This document shows positions 9,601 through 18,563 of a stretch of DNA of 64,000 nucleotides, in pieces. Each line of letters opens with the position of its first letter. The first letter of the stretch is position 1. Both the position numbers and the translations under genes were made by a program. The notes below the pieces were generated by a model. That model was given only the letters and a program-made list of their open reading frames with translations, did not search any database and was not told the DNA's origin. This stretch comes from Candidatus Omnitrophota bacterium (GTDB taxonomy: Bacteria; Omnitrophota; Gorgyraeia; Zapsychrales; JANLHA01): assembly GCA_029560465.1 (NCBI GenBank), contig JAKQKX010000045.1:88260-152259 (forward strand), written 5' to 3'.

Positions 9601-10185
9601 GATGATTTCCATGATCTCCTCATCGGTGAGCCGGTCGATCTTGGCGACTTCATGGGAGGTCCGAAAACCGTCAAAGAAATGCAGGAACGGCACGCGGGCC
9701 TCCAACGTGGCTGCCTGGGCCATCAGGGCGAAGTCCATGACCTCCTGAACACTGCCGGACGCCAGCATGGCAAAGCCGGTGGCCCGGGCCGCCATGACAT
9801 CCGAGTGGTCGCCGAAGATAGACAGCCCCTGGCACGCCAAGGAACGGGCGGCGACATGAAAAACTGTTGACGTGAGTTCTCCGGCGATTTTATACATATT
9901 GGGGATCATCAACAACAGCCCCTGCGAAGCCGTAAACGTGGTGGTCAAAGACCCGGCCTGCAGAGCGCCGTGGACTGCCCCGGCCGCCCCCCCCTCGCTT
10001 TGCATCTCCTGGACAAGCGGGGTGGTTCCCCAAATATTCTTTTTCCCGGCCGCAGCCCATTCATCCGAACTTTCCCCCATCGATGAAGACGGAGTGATCG
10101 GATAAATCGCTATCACCTCACTCACCTTGAAAGCCGAATAGGCAGCCGCTTCGTTACCATCAATTGTGACCTGAACTCTTTTCAT
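6616..10185 (-). CDS. por: Pyruvate:ferredoxin (flavodoxin) oxidoreductase, the single-polypeptide PFOR/NifJ type
   Basis: 1189 aa. It has two 4Fe-4S ferredoxin motifs (CIQCGKCVLVCP, CTGCGVCVETCP), a TPP-binding GGDGWAYDIG motif, and an N-terminal TIDGNEAAAYSAFKVSEVIAIYPITPSS region. Confidence 0.95.
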   Translation of the reverse strand: MKRVQVTIDGNEAAAYSAFKVSEVIAIYPITPSSSMGESSDEWAAAGKKNIWGTTPLVQEMQSEGGAAGAVHGALQAGSLTTTFTASQGLLLMIPNMYKIAGELTSTVFHVAARSLACQGLSIFGDHSDVMAARATGFAMLASGSVQEVMDFALMAQAATLEARVPFLHFFDGFRTSHEVAKIDRLTDEEIMEIIKDDLVLAHRQRALSPDRPCMRGTAQNPDVYFQGRETVNPFYDKCPGIVEKVMKHFAKTTGRAYNLFDYYGAPDAEHVIILMGSGAEAGQATVEKLVQKGQKVGLVKVRLYRPFSMDHLLAALPKSVKVITTLDRTKEPGAIGEPLYQDVVNTVFERGLTRFASYPKVLGGRYGLSSKEFTPAMIKAVLDNGLKKEPKNHFTVGITDDVTHTSLECDESFTIEDEAGVCAIFYGLGADGTVGANKSTIKIIGENTPNYAQGYFVYDSKKSGSMTVSHLRFGPNPIRSTYLVSQAKFVGCHQSVFLEKYNVLEKIAPQGVFLLNSTFGPDEIWEHLPKVIQEQIIAKNIQFYVIDGYQVAKDTGMGLRINTIMQTCFFAISGVLPKDEAIEKIKGSIKKAYGSKGEEVVRMNFNAVDQTLAHLHRVNVPARVTSTVDFLSPVSGGAPAFVKKVTAEIIAGRGDQLPVSAMPVDGTFPTGTTQWEKRNIALEIPVWDPSVCIQCGKCVLVCPHAVIRSKIYDAALAEKAPATFKSVDAKDKDFAGMKFSIQVSPEDCTGCGVCVETCPAKNKKDVKLKAINMQAQPPLRDEERKNWEFFLDIPYLDRTRVKQNSVRGVQSLNPLFEFSGACGGCGETPYVKLLSQLFGDRALIANATGCSSIYGGNLPTTPWTFNKEGRGPAWSNSLFEDNAEFGLGFRLSIDKHSAFAGELLKRLEPQVGTELVKGILEADQSEESGIIAQRERVEALKKKLVSVRSNDAKHLLSLADYLVKKSVWILGGDGWAYDIGFGGLDHVLASGRNVNVLVLDTEVYSNTGGQASKATPRGAVAKFAAAGKPVAKKDLARIAMTYGSVYVANVAMGGRDEQTVKSFIEAEKYNGPSLIIAYCHCIAHGINMRTGFENQRLAVQSGYWPLFRFNPDLLKEGKNPLTLDSSAPKIPLKDYAYRENRFVMLSKSMPDRAQMLLEQAQQDVYRRWAVYEYLAAQALESKQGEDRS

Positions 10186-10297
10186 GGGTACCCTTTCCTT
10201 GTAACAGTATTAATAAACTATTTATAATTTGTGGAGAAAATGCAGAATATATGCTGACAATGTTAATATCAACTCGGTTGAAAAACAAGTCTTTTTT

Positions 10298-11716
10298 TTA
10301 GCCAAAACCCTGGGCCAACGGTAGGAGGATCGAAAACGTTGACCCTTGGCCCTCTTGGCTGGAGACCGCAACCTCGCCTCCGTGGGCTTCAACGAGCTTC
10401 CGGACAATCGCCAGTCCCAGGCCGGTACTTGGCTCTCCGTGCATAGGGCGCACAGACGTCTTTTCAAAAAAATGGAATAACCGGGACATCTCCGAAGCCG
10501 GGATCCCCGGCCCCTGATCAGTGACCCCGATCTGAATCCTCTGATCCAGAGATCTTACGCTCAAGACAACGGTTCCCCCGGAAGGAGAAAATTTGATTGC
10601 GTTGCTGATCAGATTATTAACCGCCTGCGCCAGGCGGTCCGGGTCAACCCGGATAAACGGGAGCTGGGGGGCCATATCCAGGTGAAGGTTAATATTCTTT
10701 GCTTTTGCCAACATGCTGTTAAAACCATGTATCTCGGCCATAAACAAAGCGGGATCCGTATCCTTCAACCGCAACTCCAATTTTCCCGCTTCGATCACCG
10801 AAACGCTCAGAAAATCATTAATAAGACTTAGCATGGACTTGCAGGAAAAATCCATTTGTTGAAGCGACTCGTCCTGGGCCGGGTTGATGTCCCCCAAGAT
10901 ATGGTCTTTCAATAAGTCCACATTCCCTTTTATGACCGTTAGCGGACTTCTCAGATCATGGGCCGCTATCCCTAAAAATTTATTCTTAATATCATTCAAT
11001 TCCAGGACTTGCTGATACATGCGGCTTTTTTCCGTAATGAGCGACAACTGCCCCGCCAGCCTTTGAAAAACCTCAATATGCTGATCGCGGTACGCATACG
11101 GCTGACGGCTCGAAAAAAATATAAAACCGATCGGTTTGCCGGCCGCTATCAAAGGGCATGTCAGGCTAGAACGGACACCTTCTTTGAGAATGAGCCCGGT
11201 CGATTCAGATTTCGGATGTTCCCGATAATATTGTTCCAGGTCGTTCAGGATGCGGGGCCGGCCGGAAAAAATAATCTCTTCCAGGCTGCTCCCCTTTAAC
11301 GGGGCTGAATAGCCTTTCTTCAACCACAAGGCCTCTCTTGTATCCGCGCGGCCCCAGTAACACCGGACCGTTTCGCCGTCCTCCTCGAGAAAAGACACCC
11401 CGATCCTGTCATAAGGGATCACCTTCCGGAACTCATCATAAACGTATTGAAGGGTCTCAACCAAACGGAATCCGGAGTTGATGCGTTCGGTCATCTTTAA
11501 CAGGGTCCGAAGCTCCCCGGTCCGGGACCGCAGCGTCTCTCCCAAATCTTTCAATTCCCGGCTTAAAGCCGCCAGATCATCCTCCCCCTCTTCGGCTGAA
11601 ATCTGAGAAAAATCGCCCGCCTTCATCGCTCTGACAGCATGAAGAAGCCGGGCCACGCGAGGATCGGGCTTGGCAGGCAAGGGCTCTGGATTATTTATAT
11701 TCTTAGTCATGATCAC
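10298..11716 (-). CDS. GAF-domain sensor histidine kinase
   Basis: A GAF-like sensor region is followed by a HisKA H-box (LGIAAHDLRSPLTVI) and HATPase_c motifs (DQGPGIP, GLGLAIV). Confidence 0.85.
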   Translation of the reverse strand: MIMTKNINNPEPLPAKPDPRVARLLHAVRAMKAGDFSQISAEEGEDDLAALSRELKDLGETLRSRTGELRTLLKMTERINSGFRLVETLQYVYDEFRKVIPYDRIGVSFLEEDGETVRCYWGRADTREALWLKKGYSAPLKGSSLEEIIFSGRPRILNDLEQYYREHPKSESTGLILKEGVRSSLTCPLIAAGKPIGFIFFSSRQPYAYRDQHIEVFQRLAGQLSLITEKSRMYQQVLELNDIKNKFLGIAAHDLRSPLTVIKGNVDLLKDHILGDINPAQDESLQQMDFSCKSMLSLINDFLSVSVIEAGKLELRLKDTDPALFMAEIHGFNSMLAKAKNINLHLDMAPQLPFIRVDPDRLAQAVNNLISNAIKFSPSGGTVVLSVRSLDQRIQIGVTDQGPGIPASEMSRLFHFFEKTSVRPMHGEPSTGLGLAIVRKLVEAHGGEVAVSSQEGQGSTFSILLPLAQGFG

Positions 11717-11884
11717 ATCAAAAAGACACGGGATTCCAAAAACTTCCGTCCCGCGCGAACCTGAGGGATGAATTATGATGCATTATAAAGACAAAAGCAC
11801 GGGCAGACAAGCATTCTTTCCAGCGGCAAGGAAAGGCCGGTTTAAAAAGGACGGACGGATACTCCGAAGCCTAAGGAACCCTGC

Positions 11885-13210
11885 TTACATGTTCTTTAAT
11901 AATATATTTTCCGGGGATTGCTCGGCCAGAACCCGGAAAGACCGGAGGCACCGTTCGATATGTTCCATCTCCCCCGAACGGATGATCGGCATTTCAGAAA
12001 TCCCTTTATCGTCCAACAGTTCGTTGACCTTGGCCACGCTCAGCGTTTCGACGTTAAAAGCCGGTTGATACCCGATCTGGCGGCCGTCTTCCAGCCGGAC
12101 CTCCACCAGAATACCGGCTTCCGTCAGGTCAAACAGAATCTGCCGGAGAAGGCGGATCGGGATCTCGATCTCTTTGACAATATCCGCTGCCGTATACGGC
12201 GTTTGTGAAAGGCAAAAGCGCTTGACGGCCATCTGAACGATCCTCAAAGAAAGCAGCCGCTTGAAGGCATGACTGGCCTTAAGGCAGTCGGGTTCGAGCT
12301 CATAGGTCTCCACGTTCTGCTCCGCGAAAGAAATTTCCGCCCCGAATAAAACAATAATCCAGCTCGTTTGCAACCAGACCAAAAATAAAGGCAACGCGGC
12401 AAAGCTGCCGTAAACCGCCCCGTATTTAGCCGCCCCGACCTGGAAAGTAATATAAATCCATTGGGTGATCTGATAAATCGTGCCGCCGATCATCCCGCCA
12501 AACAGCCCGGACTTAAATGAAACCGACGTGTTGGGCATAAAAATATAAATATAGGTGAATAAAACCCAGATCACGCAATAAGGCAGCAGGTTAAGGACCG
12601 TAAAAATGACCGGGCTGAACACGCCCAGGAAAGCAATTTTATCCACCACCAGTTTCACCTGACTGGTCACCAGCACCGTGACACTGCTCGACATGATCAG
12701 CAACAGCGGGCAAATCAGCATGATCGAAAGATAATCGCTGAACTTCCGGCCCCACGTGCGGCTTTTTCTGATCCCCCAGATATCGTTAAACGAACTCTCG
12801 ATATTCCCCAGGACTTTAATAACCGTCCAAAACAAGATCGCCACGCCGACGCCGGCGATCACCCCCCCTTTTGTCGTTTCCAGGAGGGTCTGGGAAAAAT
12901 TAATAATCTTCCCCACCACTTCTTCTTGCCCGGCGAGTTTCTCATAAAGCTGCTTCTCCAATATCTTTTCAATGCCAAATCCTTTGGCAATGCCAAACGC
13001 CATCGCCACAAAAGGGACGATGGACAAAAGGGAGTAAAACGTCAGCGCCGACGCCCGCAATTGGCATTTATCCTCATCAAAGCCCCGGAAAGCCAGCAGC
13101 ATGATCCTGAGCTGCTTTAGCAATAAAGATTTGGTCGGAGGCAATTTATGCATCCGGATGCGCCAAATGTCAACTTTAAGGAATTGAATAAGATGACGGA
13201 CATACGACAT
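11885..13210 (-). CDS. YihY/BrkB (virulence factor BrkB, formerly ribonuclease BN) family membrane protein with a ~120-aa C-terminal extension
   Basis: LRASALTFYSLLSIVPFVAMAFGIAKGFG is the characteristic YihY N-terminus. It is followed by multiple TM helices. The C-terminal tail is soluble. Confidence 0.75.
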   Translation of the reverse strand: MSYVRHLIQFLKVDIWRIRMHKLPPTKSLLLKQLRIMLLAFRGFDEDKCQLRASALTFYSLLSIVPFVAMAFGIAKGFGIEKILEKQLYEKLAGQEEVVGKIINFSQTLLETTKGGVIAGVGVAILFWTVIKVLGNIESSFNDIWGIRKSRTWGRKFSDYLSIMLICPLLLIMSSSVTVLVTSQVKLVVDKIAFLGVFSPVIFTVLNLLPYCVIWVLFTYIYIFMPNTSVSFKSGLFGGMIGGTIYQITQWIYITFQVGAAKYGAVYGSFAALPLFLVWLQTSWIIVLFGAEISFAEQNVETYELEPDCLKASHAFKRLLSLRIVQMAVKRFCLSQTPYTAADIVKEIEIPIRLLRQILFDLTEAGILVEVRLEDGRQIGYQPAFNVETLSVAKVNELLDDKGISEMPIIRSGEMEHIERCLRSFRVLAEQSPENILLKNM

Positions 13211-13428
13211 AACACTCTCTCCTTGTTAAAAACAACACAATATGCCCCCGGGAGAACCTTCCGGGGGTTACAGCAAACTGAAGTTATATTAATACAATTC
13301 CAAGTATGAAACCAGAAATTTCTGTGTTCTGTTGGCGGGGCTAAAAAAGAGTCCCGCCACCCAGCGGTAATTTTCAGCCGATGATTCCCTTGAACTTGGG
13401 TATATTTGGCGGTAAAATTGGAATCAAT

Positions 13429-14796
13429 ATGAGATACAAGTTTTTCAGCGTTTTGTTGTTGCTGGTCCTCGTTACCGGGATGGCCACCCATCTCCCCTCC
13501 CGCCTCCGGTCCTCGCCCCAGGACTCTTCCGAAGAAATCCAGTATGCCCACCGCCTGTTCCCCGGGGGAGAGGACATCGTGCCGGTAACCACATTTCCCC
13601 CTCACCTTAAAATCTATTCGGCCTCCTCCGGTTCAGAAGGCCAGCCGTTGCTCGGATACGCTTTTCGGACCACCGCGCTCGCTCCGGAAATTAAAGGATA
13701 CGCCGGGCCGATTGACCTGCTGGTCGGGATCGACAGGACGGGAACAATCGTCGGGGTCCATCTGATCTCGCACCAGGAGACCGCTTCCTACATCAACGAT
13801 CTTAACGGCTTTCTGCAGCAGTTTTTGAACCGCGGCGCCGGAGACCCCCTGATGCTGGGCCAAACAATCGACGGGATCAGTCAGGCCACGATAACAAGCT
13901 CGGCGGTCACCCGTTCTATAGAGGCAAGCCGCACCTTAATGATCCAGGAAGTCCTCCGGATTGACCAGGCCGGGCGTAAACACCCGCCAGGCTCTTTTCC
14001 CTGGGAGCAGATTCTCATCCCGGGATTGCTTTTCATCCTGGCGGGAAGCGGGGCCTTTTGGCGCAAAACCTCCTTACGCTGGCTGGCTTTAAGCGGCGGA
14101 CTGATTTACCTGGGCCTGATCAAAAAAACAATGATGGCCAGCGCCCATGTCGCCAAAATTGGCATCCTGAACCTGCCGTCTTTCTCTGATGCCCCCTTAT
14201 GGTACGCCCTGATGGCCGGGACTGTACTCAGTTGCCTGGCGGGCGGGATGATGTACTGCGGCAGCATCTGCCCCTTTGCCGCTGTCCAGGAATTATTATA
14301 CGCCGCCGGGAAACGCTTGAAATTCAAAGTAGGACTCCCTTCGCCCCGGATTGATGCCATGGCCAGGATATTTAAACACGCCCTGCTTATCGTCATTCTA
14401 AGCGCCAGCCTTTACGCCGCGAATCCGGATATCGCCAACGTCGAAGTCTATGTGACGCTTTTCACCCGGCACGGATCCCGTCTGGCCTGGGTCCTCCTGG
14501 GGGTCATGCTGGCCGCCGGAATTTTTCACTACCGGTTCTGGTGTAAATATTTTTGCCCTGTCGGCGCCATGAACGGGCTTTTATCGCAAGCGAGCCTGTT
14601 TAAAATCAGGGTCAACACGTCCTGCAACGGCTGCCATCAATGCCAGGCGCTCTGCCCGACGCAGGCAATTAAAACGCTCCCAAAATCCGGCAAAGTCATC
14701 GTGGAAAACCCGGAATGCATCTTATGCATGACATGCGTCCGGTGCTGCCCGCAAGGAGCCCTGCGATTCTCTTATGACGACAAAGAAAAAGAATAA
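13429..14796 (+). CDS. NosR/NirI/NapH-like membrane redox protein. It has a periplasmic FMN-binding domain, a polytopic membrane core with two Cx3CP motifs, and two C-terminal 4Fe-4S motifs. An alternative start lies at 13381.
   Basis: Signal peptide MRYKFFSVLLLLVLVTG. FMN_bind-like region GYAGPIDLLVGIDRTGTIVGVHLISHQET. Membrane motifs YCGSICPF and FWCKYFCPVG. C-terminal CNGCHQCQALCP and CILCMTCVRCCP. Confidence 0.7.
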   Translation: MRYKFFSVLLLLVLVTGMATHLPSRLRSSPQDSSEEIQYAHRLFPGGEDIVPVTTFPPHLKIYSASSGSEGQPLLGYAFRTTALAPEIKGYAGPIDLLVGIDRTGTIVGVHLISHQETASYINDLNGFLQQFLNRGAGDPLMLGQTIDGISQATITSSAVTRSIEASRTLMIQEVLRIDQAGRKHPPGSFPWEQILIPGLLFILAGSGAFWRKTSLRWLALSGGLIYLGLIKKTMMASAHVAKIGILNLPSFSDAPLWYALMAGTVLSCLAGGMMYCGSICPFAAVQELLYAAGKRLKFKVGLPSPRIDAMARIFKHALLIVILSASLYAANPDIANVEVYVTLFTRHGSRLAWVLLGVMLAAGIFHYRFWCKYFCPVGAMNGLLSQASLFKIRVNTSCNGCHQCQALCPTQAIKTLPKSGKVIVENPECILCMTCVRCCPQGALRFSYDDKEKE

Positions 14797-14998
14797 TATA
14801 ATATTTTTCACCGCTTACGTGTTAAGCGGCGCTGTTCTCCTGGGGATTGTTTACGGCAACCTGAAAAGCTCCTCCCCGGCCGGGACACCCCAGAGCGTGG
14901 GGGTTCCCCCCGGGAACACGAAAGTCAATGAACAGGAATCCCTTGAAACATCAGGGCTCAAACGGCATCGGGCCCTCTATTGGAAAACCGTGGAGTAA
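14774..14998 (+). CDS. Possible small single-TM protein (74 aa). It overlaps the 3' end of the upstream gene and stops 12 nt before the radical SAM start. This is a speculative call.
   Basis: It has one hydrophobic helix (IIFFTAYVLSGAVLLGIVYG). There is no Shine-Dalgarno sequence, so it may be translationally coupled, or it may be spurious. Confidence 0.2.
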   Translation: MTTKKKNNIIFFTAYVLSGAVLLGIVYGNLKSSSPAGTPQSVGVPPGNTKVNEQESLETSGLKRHRALYWKTVE

Positions 14999-15010
14999 CA
15001 GGCTGATATC

Positions 15011-15988
15011 ATGTCTTATCTTGTGGAATGTGAATTGTGTCCCCGGCATTGCCGCCTGAATGACGGCCAGCGGGGGAATTGCCGGGTCAGGGTCAACGTT
15101 AAAGGGGAACTCTTTTCCCTGGTATACGGGAATCCCTGCGCCGTGCATGTCGACCCGATCGAAAAAAAACCGTTGTTTCATGTGCTGCCGGCCTCCACCT
15201 CGTTTTCGATCGCCACCGCCGGCTGCAACCTGCACTGCAAATACTGCCAAAACTGGCAAATCTCGCAAGTCCCCCCGGAAAAAACGGACAATTATGATCT
15301 CCCTCCCCAGAACGTCGTCCGTGAAGCGCTGGGAGCCCGGTGCCGAAGCATTTCCTATACATATTCGGACCCTATTGTCTTTTACGAATATTGCCTCGAC
15401 ACTTCCCGTCTCGCTCACACACACGGCCTTCTGAATGTCATGGTCACCGCCGGATATATCGAAAAAAAACCTCTGTTGGAATTATGCCCCCATATTGACG
15501 CCGCCAATGTGGATTTAAAAGGCATCACCGACGATTTTTACCGCAATATGTCCGAAGCGACATTGCAACCCGTCCTGGACGCCATTATGATCATGAAACA
15601 GAACAACGTGTTCGTCGAATTGACCAACCTCGTGGTCCCCACTTGGAATGACAAACCCAAAGATATCCGAAACCTCTGCCGTTGGGTGGCCCAAAACCCC
15701 GGGAAAGACACCCCGGTGCATTTTTCCCGGTTCACCCCCATGCACAAACTGACGAATCTGCCCCCCACCCCGGTCGAGACCTTATCCATGGCCTGGGACA
15801 TCGCCAAGGAGGAAGGGCTCCAGTTTGCCTATGTCGGCAACGTGCCCCGGCATCCGGGGAACAACACCTATTGCCCCAACGACCAGAAACTGCTGCTCAA
15901 ACGGATCGGGTATACGATCCTGGAAAACCATATTATAGACGGGAAATGCGAGTTCTGCCAAACCCCGATCCCCGGGATCTGGAAGTAG
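15011..15988 (+). CDS. AmmeMemoRadiSam-system radical SAM enzyme, related to PFL-activase
   Basis: The N-terminal Cys-rich motif CELCPRHCRLNDGQRGNCRVRVN is followed by DPIEKKPLFHV and the radical SAM cluster motif GCNLHCKYCQNWQIS. The protein is 325 aa. Confidence 0.85.
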   Translation: MSYLVECELCPRHCRLNDGQRGNCRVRVNVKGELFSLVYGNPCAVHVDPIEKKPLFHVLPASTSFSIATAGCNLHCKYCQNWQISQVPPEKTDNYDLPPQNVVREALGARCRSISYTYSDPIVFYEYCLDTSRLAHTHGLLNVMVTAGYIEKKPLLELCPHIDAANVDLKGITDDFYRNMSEATLQPVLDAIMIMKQNNVFVELTNLVVPTWNDKPKDIRNLCRWVAQNPGKDTPVHFSRFTPMHKLTNLPPTPVETLSMAWDIAKEEGLQFAYVGNVPRHPGNNTYCPNDQKLLLKRIGYTILENHIIDGKCEFCQTPIPGIWK

Positions 15989-16009
15989 AAATCGTACGAA
16001 AGGAATAAA

Positions 16010-16180
16010 ATGAAACACACGACCATGGACCGCAAAACGTTTCTGAAATGGCTGAGTGCCCTGCTCGTCGGATTATGCTCCAATGGGGGACTCGGGAATG
16101 CGTCCGCCGCTCCTTCAGCCGCAAAGCGCCCGCTCAAGGAAGCCCGGCACTACCGGCCGGGCCGACATCTGGCCGGCTGA
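16010..16180 (+). CDS. Unannotated 56-aa ORF with an N-terminal Tat/Sec-like signal and a predicted short basic mature peptide. This is a speculative call.
   Basis: The ATG at 16010 is preceded by AAAGGAATAAA. The peptide reads MKHTTMDRKTFLKWLSALLVGLCSNGGLGNASA|APSAAKRPLKEARHYRPGRHLAG. The RKTFLK motif resembles a twin-arginine signal, and ASA-A is a signal-peptidase-I site. Confidence 0.3.
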   Translation: MKHTTMDRKTFLKWLSALLVGLCSNGGLGNASAAPSAAKRPLKEARHYRPGRHLAG

Positions 16181-16200
16181 ACGCCCGGCGCCGCTTTGTG

Positions 16201-18525
16201 CTATAACCGGACCGACCTTATCAACAGCCAGACCGCGGCGTTCATCATGGCGACGAAAACCGCAACCGGCACCATACCATATAAAGGGATCAGCACCGCC
16301 CCGGTTATCCAGGCCCCCAAGGCTGCTCCCAGCACATCCACCGCATAAAGAAAGCCCGCCTCTGAGGCGACATCCGAAGTCCTCCCCGGCGCCTGTTGGA
16401 TAATAGAAACCGCCAGGGGATACTGCATTCCGCCGCAAAATCCCGCGACAACCGGCAGGAACGAAAACGTCACCGCAAAAACACCTCCGTGCTGAACCAG
16501 GACTGAATATTTTTGAAAAACAAAAAAAAGAACCGGCAAAAGCAACGGGTACAGGGCAATCACCCCCTGGGTGTACCGATACATTCTGACTTGCCTCTGA
16601 AGCGGGCGGCCCAACTCCTGCCCCGCCACTAAGCTCCCGCCCACCAGGCCCAACATAAACGCGGTCATGATGATCCCGATCTGAAAATAAACGTACCCGT
16701 ATAACGACTGAAACGCCAGGATGACAATGATCTGAAACACAATTTCAGATATTCCCGTGGTCCAGATCGACAGACGATACGGGGCCGCGGCTGACACCCG
16801 GGCCCCGCATCGTCCTGCCATAAACAAAAACACGGGGATCAGGATGAATACAGGCATAGGGATCTTCTGCAAAATATTAAAAAGAGACGGCAGGAACGGG
16901 TGAAAATGTGAAGACCAGAGGACGATATCAAAAAAATACGCCACCGGATGAGCGTCCGTGTTCATGATCCCTTTCGGCTTCAGGATATCCTCAATATACT
17001 GAATCCGGCCCGGACTCATTTTATACGGCAGATAGTATTCCCGGACATATTCCGTCGCAATCTTCCGCTCCTGAAGCCGCTCCAAAAGCAAAGCGGGGTC
17101 ATAATGCAGGATACCGGTGCGTGTGGAGGAAAGGAAAATATTCGTGTCCCCCGGGATGGACTTCACGTCCGGGAACACGTCCCGCAAGGTCGAATGGATG
17201 GAGCGCAAAAACGCGCGGGCCTCGGCGTTAAGATAATTTTCAGAGGAAGAAACCTTTAACGAAAGGATGCCCCCCTCATTCAACCGAAGGGCCGCTTCCT
17301 GAAAAAATTCTTTCGTGTAATAACGGTTCAGCATGGCGTTCAGCGGGTCAGCGATGTTCAATAGGATGACATCGTACAGGCGCCGGCTTTGTTTAATAAA
17401 AAGCCGCGCGTCAACAAAAGCTGAATGAACGCGGGGATCCCTTAACGGCGCCAATAGATCCTCGGGCAAATGTGCTTCCGCCAAACGCATCACCTCGGGG
17501 TCCAAGTCCACATGATCAACGGACCGTAACGGGTGCTTCAAGACTTCCTTCAAACTGCCGTCCAAAGCGCCGCCGACCAAGAGGACATCCCGCGGGGCCG
17601 GATGGGACAATAAAGGGAAATGCGCGATTTCCTCGCTGCTATATTCGGCGTTCGTCGAAAACGACAACACGCCGTTTTCAAATAAAGTACGCTCCTGCCC
17701 CGCCTGAATGAGGGCTAAGTTGCCGTACACAGAATCCGTGACGCTTAAAACCTCAAATCCTTTCCACTGCTGGCTCCGCGACCAGCGGTCCACCTGTTGA
17801 ACCCCGCCGGACAGGATTCCGGCGGAAAGCCCCAGCAACAAAAAGGCGAGGCAGGACCGGACACCGCGATTTTTAAAAACCGACAACGCCAGCCATCCCT
17901 GAATCAACATTAATAAGGCTCCTATTTTAAGCGCGGGGACCGCCTGCACCAGCCAAAAACTGAAAAGAAGCCCGCCTAAAGCAGAGCCAAGCGCCTCATA
18001 TAAATAAATCCGGTTAATGTGCCGCGAGGATGTTGACACGGATGGAAAGAGCCCCTCTTGGAGCCGGCAAATCACCGCGTAGAGGCCCCCGAACATAAAC
18101 GCCAACGGCATGACAGCCCCTGTCGTGATCATCATGACAGCGGGGATATCCATCATCTCGCCGACAGGGATATTCAACACACCACGGATGACGCGCAGAA
18201 AAATGACCGCCGCGGGAAGACCTAAGCCCGCCCCGCTTAACAGCGCCGCCAAAACAGGCCCGGGCCACTCTTTCACACAACGCCAGCGACTCAAGGATAA
18301 ACTGCCCAACCCCACCGCCATGAGCCAGCATCCCAGAATAACGGCATAAACCATCTCATTGCCGTAAAACACAGCCATGGCTTCCCTCAAAAGAAGCAGC
18401 TGGCTCATCATAGCCGTCATGCCGAGAATTAGGGCCAAAAACCCGGGGCGGGCCCAATTCAGGACCGGGCCCTTCCCCGTGGAGCAATCCTTATTTGAAG
18501 TCATGAAAAACCCCTCTATTGACAC
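16201..18525 (-). CDS. Fused polytopic membrane / spermidine-synthase-like (polyamine aminopropyltransferase fold) protein
   Basis: 774 aa. It has N- and C-terminal multi-TM regions. The central domain carries spermidine-synthase-like motifs VLLVGGALDGSL and DVILLNIADP. Confidence 0.72.
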   Translation of the reverse strand: MSIEGFFMTSNKDCSTGKGPVLNWARPGFLALILGMTAMMSQLLLLREAMAVFYGNEMVYAVILGCWLMAVGLGSLSLSRWRCVKEWPGPVLAALLSGAGLGLPAAVIFLRVIRGVLNIPVGEMMDIPAVMMITTGAVMPLAFMFGGLYAVICRLQEGLFPSVSTSSRHINRIYLYEALGSALGGLLFSFWLVQAVPALKIGALLMLIQGWLALSVFKNRGVRSCLAFLLLGLSAGILSGGVQQVDRWSRSQQWKGFEVLSVTDSVYGNLALIQAGQERTLFENGVLSFSTNAEYSSEEIAHFPLLSHPAPRDVLLVGGALDGSLKEVLKHPLRSVDHVDLDPEVMRLAEAHLPEDLLAPLRDPRVHSAFVDARLFIKQSRRLYDVILLNIADPLNAMLNRYYTKEFFQEAALRLNEGGILSLKVSSSENYLNAEARAFLRSIHSTLRDVFPDVKSIPGDTNIFLSSTRTGILHYDPALLLERLQERKIATEYVREYYLPYKMSPGRIQYIEDILKPKGIMNTDAHPVAYFFDIVLWSSHFHPFLPSLFNILQKIPMPVFILIPVFLFMAGRCGARVSAAAPYRLSIWTTGISEIVFQIIVILAFQSLYGYVYFQIGIIMTAFMLGLVGGSLVAGQELGRPLQRQVRMYRYTQGVIALYPLLLPVLFFVFQKYSVLVQHGGVFAVTFSFLPVVAGFCGGMQYPLAVSIIQQAPGRTSDVASEAGFLYAVDVLGAALGAWITGAVLIPLYGMVPVAVFVAMMNAAVWLLIRSVRL

Positions 18526-18563
18526 GGGATAAGAAACGGCTTGAAGCCCGCGCGCGACACCCT

